Shown here one piece after another: positions 1 through 10,215 of a stretch of DNA of 64,000 bases. The position numbers were made by a program, and so were the translations under genes. Source of the stretch: Candidatus Versatilivorator sp. (lineage in GTDB: Bacteria > Acidobacteriota > Terriglobia > Versatilivoradales > Versatilivoraceae). Positions within the stretch are counted from its first letter, which is position 1. Each line of letters opens with the position of its first letter. The DNA is taken from positions 640,001 to 704,000 of the forward strand of contig OZ242296.1 in the NCBI GenBank assembly GCA_965207735.1, in the 5' to 3' direction. Below the pieces are notes generated by a model. That model ran no database searches and had not been told where the DNA came from. It worked only from the letters and a program-made list of their open reading frames with translations.

Positions 1-310
1 TGAGATTCCTGTAAACAGTGATTTGAGATACCATTTGAGAGGAGGAGAGATGAACCTCCAAGATGGACCTCCAAGATAGGAACGTTGGAGGTTGAGGTTG
101 ATTCATAAGTGGACGCAGAGCCTGTGTCGCTCGCCTTTCCTGTTTCATATCACAGAACATGTAACCTTGGTCATACTTCCCATTGGACCCTGGGGACCTC
201 TCAATCCCGAAAAAGCGCAGGATAAATCCAGACCTTTTACTGGGGGACAAAGCTCATAATATTAGGTCCCCACTGGGGAGGATCTGCGTTCTCTGAAACG
301 GAGAAGACAA

Positions 311-1231
311 ATGGCTAATGAAGGAGAATGGGAAAACTGGCCGTACAAGGCAACAAGTTGCAACGTTAGCAAGGAGTTTAGCAAGGACTACGGAGAAATA
401 TGGACGCTTGTGGTCGGAACGGCTGGTCAGTCGGAGCATTGGAAGCAGGGGACACCGGATTTGTGTCATGCCTTGGCGTGGATAGTTAACCAACTACACC
501 TCGGCAATTGTGATGTAGCTGGCGAAGAGGACGGTGAAATTGTCTCTGTGTTAATTGGGCGAGGGACGCCTTTCGTATTCGGAGTTGAAGACAAAACAGG
601 CGAAGAGGTAGTTGATGAAGCAAAAAAGCACCTCTATAAACGTTCACGTGCAGTGAATATCGCCGGCCTATTTGCACAGGCTAGAGAACGAGGAGTCAAA
701 CCGAAGTACGGGGCACAGGCAGAGACGGTAAGACAGGTAGCAGGTGCCGATAGGAGCGGCCACTTCAATACTGAACTCCATTATGCTTTTCAACTCATCC
801 ATATTCTCAAGAGGATTCGAGAAAGAAGTTTCGTTCTGGATTCACCTCCAATCTTGGGGAGAGCGTCAACCCGAGTTGTGGACTTACTAGGAGAAGCCAC
901 ACGCTGTCACCTGTATGGCTTGCATCAAGCCAGTGTTGCCATATGCAGGGCATGCCTGGAAAAATCGCTGGCAGAGAGAGTTCCTAGGGAACAGGTACTT
1001 CAAGAAAGACTAAACAGTGGGAGCGGAGAATTGGAGTGCCTTATTGGTGCAGCATTCCGCTTGGGCTGTTTAGATGGTCCCCGTCATGAGATGGCGGATC
1101 AGATTAGGAAGCATGGCAATGATGTGTTGCACCGAGGGCATGTCCGAGGCGAGCGTTCTTGGGATATCTTGCTGAACACTAGGGCGGTTGTGTCGTACCT
1201 GTTCCGGGACCCAGATGAGGCAATTCCTTAG
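311..1231 (+). CDS. Hypothetical protein with a C-terminal DUF4145/HEPN-like domain
   Basis: C-terminal ASVAICRACLEKSL...ADQIRKHGNDVLH fits the DUF4145 pattern (R-x2-GN-x3-H). N-terminal half not recognised. Confidence 0.6.
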   Translation: MANEGEWENWPYKATSCNVSKEFSKDYGEIWTLVVGTAGQSEHWKQGTPDLCHALAWIVNQLHLGNCDVAGEEDGEIVSVLIGRGTPFVFGVEDKTGEEVVDEAKKHLYKRSRAVNIAGLFAQARERGVKPKYGAQAETVRQVAGADRSGHFNTELHYAFQLIHILKRIRERSFVLDSPPILGRASTRVVDLLGEATRCHLYGLHQASVAICRACLEKSLAERVPREQVLQERLNSGSGELECLIGAAFRLGCLDGPRHEMADQIRKHGNDVLHRGHVRGERSWDILLNTRAVVSYLFRDPDEAIP

Positions 1232-1450
1232 CACTCATGGGGTCTTCAGCGTCGGAAGCTGCGGCATCGCTTTTAGAGGTGTCGAGGTGTTCTGAATTGC
1301 TAGGCCTGGAGATATTGCAGCACAGGCGATTTTCGGAACTGTTCTTCCCGCGGATCGGATTTAAAATTTCAGTTCCCCTGTACGCGGCAAGACCTGCCGC
1401 CTGTGAGACGAAAATGAAGGCGGTCGCCGCTACGGGGAAAGGGACAGATT

Positions 1451-2557
1451 ATGAGAAACAAGCTTCATGCCATTACCCTTAAGGGATTCAAGACCATTCA
1501 AGAACTAAATGGCTTCGAGCCTGGTTTCCTGACGGTACTCATTGGACCCAATGGCGCGGGCAAGTCCAACTTCATCTCTTTCTTTCGTATGATGAGTTGG
1601 ATGCTGGCGGACCCTGACAATCTTCAATTTCACGTGGCGCAACATGGTGGAGCCAGCAAACTTCTGCACGACGGTTCGGACAGGACCCATGAAATTGAAG
1701 CCGAGTTAACCATTAAGACCGATGCAGGCGAGAACCAATATGCCTTCCGGTTGGTATTTGCGGCTGGCGATACGTTCATTTTTGCTGATGAGCGTTACCG
1801 TTTCTCTCGCAGTGATTACGGCGGTATTGCACCTTGGCGAGAAACGGGCGCCGGTCACCGCGCTCCGCAACTCCTGGACAGGGCCGCCGAGGACGATACC
1901 GCCCGCTTCATTCGAAACGTCCTAAGGAAGATAGTCTTATACCAATTTCACAACACGTCGGCCACAGCCCGCGTCCGGAGCAAGTGGAGCGTGAACGACA
2001 ACCGTTACCTAAAGGAAGATGCGGCCAATATCGCTCCAGTCCTGCTTCGCCTGAGGGAGGAAGATGGCAGGTGTTATCAGCGGATTGTAGCTACCGTCCG
2101 CCTGATCCTACCCTTTTTTTCGGATTTTGAACTGGAACCTGAGAACGGTCATCTGCTGCTTGCCTGGCGTGAACGAGACAGTGACCAGGTGTTCGATGTT
2201 TCGCAGGCGTCGGACGGCATGTTGCGGGTCATAGCGCTCGTCATGCTTCTCCTTCAACCGGAAGAGAACTTGCCGGACGTTTTGATTCTGGACGAACCGG
2301 AGCTTGGACTCCACCCCTACGCAACTACTGTGGTCGGTGGCCTGATTCGGGCCGTGTCCACGAAGGTCCAAGTCATTGTCGCCACTCAGTCCACGGCGTT
2401 CGTCGACTGCTTCGAGCCTGAGGACATCGTCGTGGTCGAGCGTGAAGGGCGAAAATCCATATTCCGACGGCTGGGTACCGAGGCTCTGGGAGAGTGGCTC
2501 AACGACTATACGCTTTCCGAGTTGTGGGGAAAGAACGTGCTCGGGGGGCGACCGTAA
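1451..2557 (+). CDS. ABC-type/AAA_21 predicted ATPase
   Basis: Walker A GPNGAGKS, signature SDG, Walker B ILDEPELGLHP, ATQS switch. Confidence 0.9.
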   Translation: MRNKLHAITLKGFKTIQELNGFEPGFLTVLIGPNGAGKSNFISFFRMMSWMLADPDNLQFHVAQHGGASKLLHDGSDRTHEIEAELTIKTDAGENQYAFRLVFAAGDTFIFADERYRFSRSDYGGIAPWRETGAGHRAPQLLDRAAEDDTARFIRNVLRKIVLYQFHNTSATARVRSKWSVNDNRYLKEDAANIAPVLLRLREEDGRCYQRIVATVRLILPFFSDFELEPENGHLLLAWRERDSDQVFDVSQASDGMLRVIALVMLLLQPEENLPDVLILDEPELGLHPYATTVVGGLIRAVSTKVQVIVATQSTAFVDCFEPEDIVVVEREGRKSIFRRLGTEALGEWLNDYTLSELWGKNVLGGRP

Positions 2558-3234
2558 TGGCCGTAAGGTTACATTTCATCGTTGAAGGACAAACCGAAGA
2601 GACTTTCGTAAATCGGACCTTGCGCCCACACCTGGCGAATCTGTCCATTTGGGTGAAAGCCCGGTGTGTGATGACGAGTCGTAGGCGCGGCGTCAGGCAT
2701 CGCGGGGGAATAGGGAACTATTCGCAAGCGAAGAGAGACATCAATGCTTGGATGATGGAGGACCAGAACCCAGACGCACGCTTCACAACCATGTTTGATT
2801 TGTATGGGCTACCAGGAGACTTTCCCGGTTTCGAGAACGCTGCGCGAATGCCAGACCCCTATGAGCGCGTCAGTACACTGGAGGACGCTCTGAGCGAAAG
2901 TATCTCTGATTCGCGATTCATTCCCTATCTTCAACTTCACGAATTCGAGACGCTATTGTTGTCCGATCCTCAGAAGTTCGACTTGCAGTTTTACGATCGT
3001 AGTGTCGGGATACGGAGACTTGTGCAGGTCGCTTCTGGCTTTGAGTCTCCGGAGCGCATCAATGACGGAATCAGCACCGCCCCGTCGAAGCGAATTACTG
3101 ATGCAATACCAGAATATGGAAGAATGAAGGCGTCTGCGGGCCCCATCGTGGCCGAGAAGATCGGATTGCCTACTCTGCGATTGAAATGTGAGCATTTCGG
3201 GAAATGGCTTGGTAAATTGGAACGTCTCGCGTAG
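2557..3234 (+). CDS. DUF4276-family TOPRIM-like protein, partner of the upstream ATPase
   Basis: ATG overlaps the ATPase TAA (TAATG). Motifs FIVEGQTEE, MFDLYGLP, LQLHEFE, INDG..TAPSKR, CEHFGKWL. Confidence 0.8.
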   Translation: MAVRLHFIVEGQTEETFVNRTLRPHLANLSIWVKARCVMTSRRRGVRHRGGIGNYSQAKRDINAWMMEDQNPDARFTTMFDLYGLPGDFPGFENAARMPDPYERVSTLEDALSESISDSRFIPYLQLHEFETLLLSDPQKFDLQFYDRSVGIRRLVQVASGFESPERINDGISTAPSKRITDAIPEYGRMKASAGPIVAEKIGLPTLRLKCEHFGKWLGKLERLA

Positions 3235-3508
3235 GGATCGTAGGCTCGCGAAAAAGAGACTGACGGGACCAAGTAGTACCGATAGCGGGCGGAAGGGGAC
3301 CACGGATAACGGAGCAAGTATCGCCATCTTCTTTGTAGGCAACCTCGCTGGCGCGGTCTACAGGGGCGAGATCACGTCTTGTTTTGGTGTTGCGTTCGAG
3401 GTCGCGCTTGAGCTTTTCAAACTCAAAGTGCAGGGAGCACTGGTGCCGGGAAGTGACCCAATCAAAGTCTACACCTCTATTTACGACAGTTCATTAATGA
3501 CATGACAC

Positions 3509-3715
3509 CAGTATTGTCCGGTTAAGCTTTCGTGACTTTAGTGTAACAGGCGTAATTCCAACAGGTTACGAGTAGGAATGAGTGTTTTCGACTTAGTATC
3601 ACCCTTTTCGAAAAAGTCTCTATGAATCAGGTACTTACGAGATTCCCTTTGCAACACGAAGACTCCCAATCTTGTAAGCAGTTGATATTATTCGAGTTTT
3701 AACCGGACAGTACTG
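3509..3715. mobile_element. 207-bp MITE (non-autonomous IS derivative)
   Basis: 17-bp terminal IRs CAGTA(T/C)TGTCCGGTTAA with 1 mismatch. 9-bp flanking direct repeat ACATGACAC (3500-3508, 3716-3724). IHF-consensus site at 3675-3687. Confidence 0.85.
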
Positions 3716-3794
3716 ACATGACACTAGTAATTCGCTGAATCCAAACCTGCCTCGGCTGTGTTTCCCATACGCACCCTCAGTTCAATTCTGGCTT

Positions 3795-4646
3795 TCATAG
3801 CTTCTCGAAGAATTCTGGGCTCGGTGTAACAACTTCTATAGTCTCAGTGCTCACCCCTAGTTTGAGCTCTCTCAGGAGTGCACACAGATCAACGCCGTTA
3901 ATGAGATCGATAGCTGGTGCTCCATCCCTTACGGCCTCGCGTTCAGCATCTCGGGTATACCCTCCTGTAGTCATAAAGAGTCCCTTATCTGCTCGGCCGA
4001 CCATAGCTCCCCTAAAATCTCTGATCTCGGGTGCTCCGACAGCACCAGAGTACCTTTTGCACTGAAAACGGACATGAAAAGAAATGAGATTAACCCTCAA
4101 TACGCCAGCGCCATCGATTCCGCCATCTCCTGAACGGCCTGTTACTTCTACCGTTGTGAACCCTGATTCGCGAAGGATCAGTTGGCATAGACGCTCGAAC
4201 GCATCGGGATTCATGCGGCGAACGATGTTTAGCAGAGAATCTTTCCAATCCTGCGCGTCGGTCACAGCATCGTCTTTCAATTTGAGCTTGGAAACCCGAT
4301 GTTGCCTTTCTTTACTTCTCTTAGCGCGATCGTCACGAACAAGTTTCCTTATCTGTTTCTCGGAATAAATTTTTCGCCCAACCTCTGAAATTGTCCAAAC
4401 CCCTCTCGTCGTATTGTCGATTGCTCCAACAAACTTAAGGTGTGTGCGGGCCCATGCCGCGCGGTAGTCAACTTCGGATTGAGGCCCGTTTTTGTGTGGG
4501 GTACTCAACACTTCGTCCGTCAATTTCAGATCGGAAGCCACGCTTCCTGACAATTCTTGAATCGAGGCGGACCCCCCTTTACTCTTCAATGCCTTTAGGG
4601 TTGGCCAGAGCAAGTCGTCAAATGTGGGAAGGTCAGTATGAGGCAT
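3795..4646 (-). CDS. mrr: Mrr-family type IV restriction endonuclease
   Basis: N-terminal Mrr_N wHTH (YRAAWARTHLK); catalytic domain GDGGIDG...QCKRY...IDLING. Confidence 0.9.
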   Translation of the reverse strand: MPHTDLPTFDDLLWPTLKALKSKGGSASIQELSGSVASDLKLTDEVLSTPHKNGPQSEVDYRAAWARTHLKFVGAIDNTTRGVWTISEVGRKIYSEKQIRKLVRDDRAKRSKERQHRVSKLKLKDDAVTDAQDWKDSLLNIVRRMNPDAFERLCQLILRESGFTTVEVTGRSGDGGIDGAGVLRVNLISFHVRFQCKRYSGAVGAPEIRDFRGAMVGRADKGLFMTTGGYTRDAEREAVRDGAPAIDLINGVDLCALLRELKLGVSTETIEVVTPSPEFFEKL

Positions 4647-5130
4647 GCTTTCCTCTCCTAGAAAATTTGCCTATGTTGGGTCGAAATATTCAGCTCTGCA
4701 CAAGTTTCTCGATTCTGCCAATCGAGTTCTCCGCCAGTTCTACGCAAACAGAAATTGTACCGCCCCTGGTTTCTTGGACAGATAAGGCCCACCATACTCA
4801 ACCGGCCGGTTGCAAGGCAAGACGGGGGGTCAAAGTATTTGCTGTCCCATAGGACCCGCAACATCTCGACCTCACCCGGCGCCTTCTCCAGGCCTGGACA
4901 ACACGAGGCATGGCAGCGGCAAAGCCAGACGCGCATAGGCGCCGGCAAGGCATCTCTGATGCCGATTGGGACACCGTCGAAAGCCACGGCGGCTTCAATG
5001 CGGTCGTAAGGAAAATCTTTCAACGGGAGCAGGAAAACCCGGCCTCCAACGGCCGCGAAATGATCGACGCTTTGCGCCTCCCGGGGTCAAGGACGTGGCG
5101 TCGTATGGGTGGCCACCTTTCAGACGGGGG

Positions 5131-5164
5131 GTGGCTTACACAGGTGGCTCACCAAGTGGCTCAC
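5131..5164. repeat. Three direct copies of GTGGCT(T/C)AC (arm-site or iteron-like)
   Basis: Copies at 5131-5139, 5144-5152 and 5156-5164. Confidence 0.6.
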
Positions 5165-5352
5165 GCTTTTGACCACCCCAACGCTCCTCTCTCAGAGGGC
5201 GAAGTCCTCGCCGTCGTGGTCCAGGTTGTGCCCGGAAACCCGCATTGGAAGCGGGTTGGCACGGATTCCCCGTGTCCTCTGCGGCAAAGCGTAGTGCGGC
5301 GCCGGCGCCACCTCGCACGGTGCGTCGTGGCGTCGCACAGGAGGGGGAGCAA

Positions 5353-5462
5353 GTGGAGGGAGCGACCCCGGGTTTTTGGCCGCTGGTGCGGCACCGGGCG
5401 GGGGGAGGTGGTGCACGCCAAAAACCACCACCACCCCTCCCCGGCGGGGTCGCTCCCTCCAC
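5353..5462. repeat. Nested perfect inverted repeats (18 bp + 10 bp), structured element
   Basis: GTGGAGGGAGCGACCCCG (5353-5370) pairs with 5445-5462; GGTTTTTGGC (5371-5380) pairs with 5417-5426. Confidence 0.8.
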
Positions 5463-5759
5463 AGTGATCCCTGGCGGGAAGGCTATCGAGTCGGCCAGCA
5501 AGCCGAGACCGCCACGTCGACCACAGGCGGTGCGCTACGCGCACGAGACGCCGACTCAAGCAGCAACAACGCGAATGCGGTGCGGGTCGAAACAGGTGCC
5601 GCCATGCAACATAGCCCAGGCGACGTTCAGTAGCCGGTCGAGCACCGAACGCAGACCACGCAAATGACCGTGCATTCCCACATTCTGGCGTGGATGCGAA
5701 GGACGAAGCCTTGATTGCAACGCAATCGTCGTATAGGCTTGAGCTTAGGAGGTGCGACA

Positions 5760-6002
5760 ATGGCTAACATCACGATCCGCAATCTCGACGACGATGTTAA
5801 ATCCCGGCTGCGCGTACGTGCGGCGGAAAACGGCCGTTCCATGGAAGAGGAGGCGCGCTTGATCCTCCGGGATGCGGTCGGACGCAAACTTGGTTCCAAT
5901 AACCTCGCGAACATCATCCGTGCGCACTTCGGGCCGTCCAACGGCGTGGATCTTGAGTTGCCACCGCGCGATGCAGGCCGCGAGCCACCGTCCTTCGATT
6001 GA
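5760..6002 (+). CDS. FitA-like ribbon-helix-helix antitoxin
   Basis: MANITIRNLDDDVKSRLRVRAAENGRSMEEEAR; AGGAGG RBS; directly upstream of a PIN toxin. Confidence 0.85.
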   Translation: MANITIRNLDDDVKSRLRVRAAENGRSMEEEARLILRDAVGRKLGSNNLANIIRAHFGPSNGVDLELPPRDAGREPPSFD

Positions 6003-6012
6003 GGAAACAGCC

Positions 6013-6435
6013 GTGATCCTGCTTGACACCAACGTCGTATCCGAATTGATGCGCGCGTCGCCGAACCCAGCAGTTGAGGCTTGGGTTGCCGGTTATCCCG
6101 TCGAGGACCTGTTCTTCTCGGCGGTTAGCGAGTCCGAACTGCGCTATGGAGCCGCCATCATGCCGGCAGGCCGGCGCCGTGAGACGCTCGTCGCGGATAT
6201 TGAGACGATGCTGCACGCGGCCTTCGAGAACCGCATATTGCCGTTTGACAGCGGGGCGGCACGCGCCTATGCGTTCATCGCCGCCAAGCGCCGGTTCGCA
6301 GGGCGCGCTGTCGCACCGGCGGACTGCCAGATCGCAGCGATCGCCCGGGCGCGGGGCATGGAGGTGGCGACGCGCAACGTTCGGGACTTCGAGGACATGG
6401 GGATCGAAATAATCGACCCATGGGACGGCGCATGA
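6013..6435 (+). CDS. vapC: VapC/FitB PIN-domain toxin
   Basis: GTG start, ILLDTNVVSE, DCQIAAIA, ATRNVRDF. Confidence 0.9.
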   Translation: MILLDTNVVSELMRASPNPAVEAWVAGYPVEDLFFSAVSESELRYGAAIMPAGRRRETLVADIETMLHAAFENRILPFDSGAARAYAFIAAKRRFAGRAVAPADCQIAAIARARGMEVATRNVRDFEDMGIEIIDPWDGA

Positions 6436-8573
6436 CCGGAACGACTGAAGCCTTTTCCCGTGTCAAGATTGACGCCCTGCTGAAGGATGCCGGCTGGAAC
6501 CTCACTGACGGGGTGAGTGTCCTCTTCGAGCACGCGTTGCCGGACGGCACACAGGCTGACTATGTGCTCTGCGACCGGTCGGGGCGCCCTTTGGCGGCAC
6601 TGGAAGCCAAGCGCGCCAGCATCAATCCCGTCGAAGCCCGAGGCCAGGGATGTCACTACGCAGGGCAACTCGACGTTCCGTTCGTCTTCCTGTCGAACGG
6701 CGAGGAAGTATGGTTCCTGGACCGCGACACGGACGCGCATGCCCGGAAGATCTCAGGCTTCTATTCCCAGGACGACCTGGAACGGCGGATTGCCGTGCGC
6801 AAGGTCCGCCGGAACCTGTCGAGCGTTGCAATCGACAGAAAGATTGTCGATCGCGACTACCAGATCGATTGCATCGAATCGCTTTCTGCCGAAATTTTGC
6901 GCGGACGCCGCAAGCTGCTGGTCGAGATGGCAACAGGAACCGGAAAGACCCGAACGGCGGCGGCTCTCATCAAGCGCCTGTTCGAGGCCGGCATCGTCAC
7001 GCGCGTCCTGTTTCTCGTGGACCGGATCGCCCTGGCGGGGCAGGCTGAGGATGCGTTCGCGGACCATCTCCGCGACTATCCCTGTCATGTGTTGCGGCCT
7101 GGCCGGGGGTTCGACCGTGCCAAGCGCATCACGATTGCGACCTTGCAGACCATGATTGCAGAGTACCGGGAACTGTCGCCGGGTTACTTCGATCTGGTGA
7201 TCACTGATGAATGCCACCGCTCGATATACGGCAAGTGGAGCGGCGTGCTCCGGCATTTCGACGGCATCCAACTGGGGTTGACCGCCACGCCATGCACCGC
7301 CGAGGAGGATGCGGTTGGCGACCCCGAGGACGGTCTGTTCGTGCGCGACACGCTGCGGTTTTTCGAGCTGGAGAGGCCGACTTTCCGCTACATGCTACGT
7401 CAGGCCATCGATGCGGGCCATCTCGTTCCCTACCGCATCTACAAGGCAAGGACGGTAAAGACCGCTGCCGATGATGGGTTCTCGGTCGGCCGCAACGAAC
7501 TCGACTGGAGCGCCATGGCCCCCGCCGCAAAGGCGGAGTTCGAGGAACTGTTCTCCGAATCGGACAACATCACCGTGGACCCGCGAGCGCTGGAACGCAA
7601 ATTCACGATTCCCGAGCGTAACCGCGCCTTGGTGCGCGAGTTTCGTGACTGCTTCGAAAAAGGGTTCATGGGAAAGGACGGGGTCAGGCGCGTACCGACC
7701 TGGGGCAAGACCATCGTGTTCGCCGTTACGAGACGCCATGCGGAGACGCTTGCACAGATGTTCGACCAGCACTTTGCAGATCTGAAGCTGAATCCAACGA
7801 CACGCTTCGCCGATTTTGTGATCAGCGATGTGGGCGACGGGCCTGGACCGGATGCAAGCGCTATCATCAAGCGTTTCAAGGAGGAGCAGTTTCCGCAGAT
7901 TCTGGTCAGCGTGAACATGCTCGATACCGGCTTTGACTGCCCGGAGGTGGTCAATCTGGTGATGGCGCGGTTCACCAAGAGCGGTATCCTCTACCGGCAG
8001 ATGCGGGGCCGCGGGACGCGCAAGGCCGACCACATTGGCAAGACCGGCTTTACGATCTTTGATTTCGTGGGTGTGACGGATTTCCATGGCGACGACGATG
8101 ACGACATTGAGGGAGGAATTCTGAGGGAAAGGCCAAAGCGTTACGGGCCGGATGATCCGCGTCTGTTGCTGACCCTCGACGTGGACGACCATATCGATCC
8201 CACGACCCGCGACTGGGTGACTCTCGACGAGAACGGCCGGATCGTGCGTACTCCGGAGCACGAGGCGCGGGCAGCCGACATCGGCTTGCGCGTCGAGGCC
8301 TGGCGAGGCGGGCAAGGGTTCACCACTGCGGAACAGACCCGCTGGGCTGGGCTGATCGGAAGCCGGGTAAAGGCCGATGCCCTGAACATCAAATCTTTCG
8401 GGGATTACGATTTCGACGAGCATCCGTTCACCACCCTGGGAGGGTATGATCAGGCGCGGCGAGTCTTCGGAGGCGAGGAATCTCTGGGTATGCTGATCGC
8501 CGGGTTCAACGCGGCGGTGTTCGGGCACGGTGACGCGACTGACCGGCCCGGTGGCAGCCACCCCATGGCTTAA
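6432..8573 (+). CDS. hsdR: Type I restriction enzyme R subunit
   Basis: Nuclease ADYVL...LEAK; helicase MATGTGKT, DECH, TATP, MLDTGFD, QMRGRGTR; ATGA overlap with vapC. Confidence 0.9.
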   Translation: MTGTTEAFSRVKIDALLKDAGWNLTDGVSVLFEHALPDGTQADYVLCDRSGRPLAALEAKRASINPVEARGQGCHYAGQLDVPFVFLSNGEEVWFLDRDTDAHARKISGFYSQDDLERRIAVRKVRRNLSSVAIDRKIVDRDYQIDCIESLSAEILRGRRKLLVEMATGTGKTRTAAALIKRLFEAGIVTRVLFLVDRIALAGQAEDAFADHLRDYPCHVLRPGRGFDRAKRITIATLQTMIAEYRELSPGYFDLVITDECHRSIYGKWSGVLRHFDGIQLGLTATPCTAEEDAVGDPEDGLFVRDTLRFFELERPTFRYMLRQAIDAGHLVPYRIYKARTVKTAADDGFSVGRNELDWSAMAPAAKAEFEELFSESDNITVDPRALERKFTIPERNRALVREFRDCFEKGFMGKDGVRRVPTWGKTIVFAVTRRHAETLAQMFDQHFADLKLNPTTRFADFVISDVGDGPGPDASAIIKRFKEEQFPQILVSVNMLDTGFDCPEVVNLVMARFTKSGILYRQMRGRGTRKADHIGKTGFTIFDFVGVTDFHGDDDDDIEGGILRERPKRYGPDDPRLLLTLDVDDHIDPTTRDWVTLDENGRIVRTPEHEARAADIGLRVEAWRGGQGFTTAEQTRWAGLIGSRVKADALNIKSFGDYDFDEHPFTTLGGYDQARRVFGGEESLGMLIAGFNAAVFGHGDATDRPGGSHPMA

Positions 8574-8586
8574 TGAAGGCATTAAG

Positions 8587-10215
8587 ATGCCCATGACCCC
8601 TGAACTTCGGCGCGGGATCGACCGCATCCGCGATTACCTGTTCGGCGGCGGTTACCCCAACCCCGCCCAAAACGCCGAGCAGCTAAGCTTCCTGATCTAC
8701 TTCTACATGTATGAGGCAGCGGACGCTGCGCGCGTGCGTGCCGCGAGGCGTCCGGGCACCGAACCCCATGTCAGCGTCTTCGACGGCAACTGGGACCTGC
8801 GCAACCCGCGCAATGCCCGCGAGCCGGGCGTCGAGGTGGTTCCGCGCGAACTGCTGCGCTGGTCCTCCTGGGCGCATGCGCTCAACGGCGAGCGGTTGGT
8901 GAACTGGGTGAGGGAGGAGGTCTTTCCTTTTCATGCCGAGCTTGCGGCCGGAGGCGTTACGGACTTCATGGACGGCGCGCGGCTGGTGATCGACGAGCCG
9001 ACGGTGCTCACCCAGGTTGTCAGCCAGTTGAACGACCTGCATCTCGACCGGGTAGACGCAGACACGAAAGGCGACCTGTTCGAGCATGTGCTGCGCCAGA
9101 TCCGGCAAGCGGGCGAACTCGGTCAGTTCCGCACGCCGCGTCATGTCATCCGCGCCCTGGTCCGCCTCGTTGATCCCCGAATTGGGGAGACAGTCTTTGA
9201 TCCGGCGGCGGGCACGGCCGGATTTCTTGTCGGTGCGTGGGACCACATCCGGCTGGCGAATTCGTCGCCCGCCGGCACCGAGGAAGTCGAAGCCGATGGC
9301 AAGACGGTGCAGCGGGGCCTCGGTGACATGCTGAGCCGTGACGCGGTACGCCAACTGCACGAAGCGACCTTCTATGGGTCCGATGTGGACCCGCAGATGG
9401 TCCGGCTTGCGACCATGAACCTGACACTGCGAGGCCTGGAAAGGGTGCGCGTCCTGCGCCGGGACGCACTAACCCGTTCGCTTGACCGTGCTGCCAAGGC
9501 AGAGCTTGGTCTGCCGACGCATGGATTCGATGTCATCCTGGCCAATCCGCCCTTTTCCGGGCGGCTGGACAAGGACCGTATTGTCGAGGAAGTGAAAATT
9601 GGACGCACGGCGCAAACCGAGCTTCTGTTCCTGCAATACATGCTGAACCACCTGACGGAGCGCGGGAGCTGTGGTGTCGTGGTGCCCGAAGGAGTGCTGT
9701 TCGGCTCTACCAGCGCACACAAGGAACTGCGCCGCCGGCTGGTCGAAAACAACACGGTCGAGGCCGTGCTGTCCCTGCCCGGGGGAGTCTTTAATCCCTA
9801 TTCCGGCGTCAAGACCTCGGCGCTGGTCTTTCGCAAGGGCGGCGCGACCCAACGGGTGATGTTCCTGCACGCTGACAATGACGGTTTCAAGCTCGACGCC
9901 AACCACGATCAGCCAATCGAGCAGGACGATCTGCCCGGACTGATCGGAGCTTTCCGAGACCGGGAGGCGGGCTGGAGGCAATGGAGCGACCGCGACCCTG
10001 AGACCGACTGGACCGAAAAGTGGTGGTTTGCCGGAGCCGACGCCATACGTGCTGCAGATTTCAATCTGAGCGCGGGGCGCCACCGGCCGCAGAACCGCTC
10101 GAAAGTCGAACACCGCGATCCTCTGGAAATTCTGGATGAATTGCGGACTATCGAGACGGAAATCCTCGGAGAGATCGAGGAGCTTGCCGATGCAGTGAGG
10201 GAGAAAGCTGGATGA
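8587..10215 (+). CDS. hsdM: Type I R-M N6-adenine methyltransferase
   Basis: GQFRTPRH, DPAAGTAGFL, NPPF. Confidence 0.92.
   Translation: MPMTPELRRGIDRIRDYLFGGGYPNPAQNAEQLSFLIYFYMYEAADAARVRAARRPGTEPHVSVFDGNWDLRNPRNAREPGVEVVPRELLRWSSWAHALNGERLVNWVREEVFPFHAELAAGGVTDFMDGARLVIDEPTVLTQVVSQLNDLHLDRVDADTKGDLFEHVLRQIRQAGELGQFRTPRHVIRALVRLVDPRIGETVFDPAAGTAGFLVGAWDHIRLANSSPAGTEEVEADGKTVQRGLGDMLSRDAVRQLHEATFYGSDVDPQMVRLATMNLTLRGLERVRVLRRDALTRSLDRAAKAELGLPTHGFDVILANPPFSGRLDKDRIVEEVKIGRTAQTELLFLQYMLNHLTERGSCGVVVPEGVLFGSTSAHKELRRRLVENNTVEAVLSLPGGVFNPYSGVKTSALVFRKGGATQRVMFLHADNDGFKLDANHDQPIEQDDLPGLIGAFRDREAGWRQWSDRDPETDWTEKWWFAGADAIRAADFNLSAGRHRPQNRSKVEHRDPLEILDELRTIETEILGEIEELADAVREKAG

Noticed and set aside
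54-77. ACCTCCAAGAT tandem duplication near an RBS and ATG
   Set aside because: Too short and at the window edge; no product can be supported.
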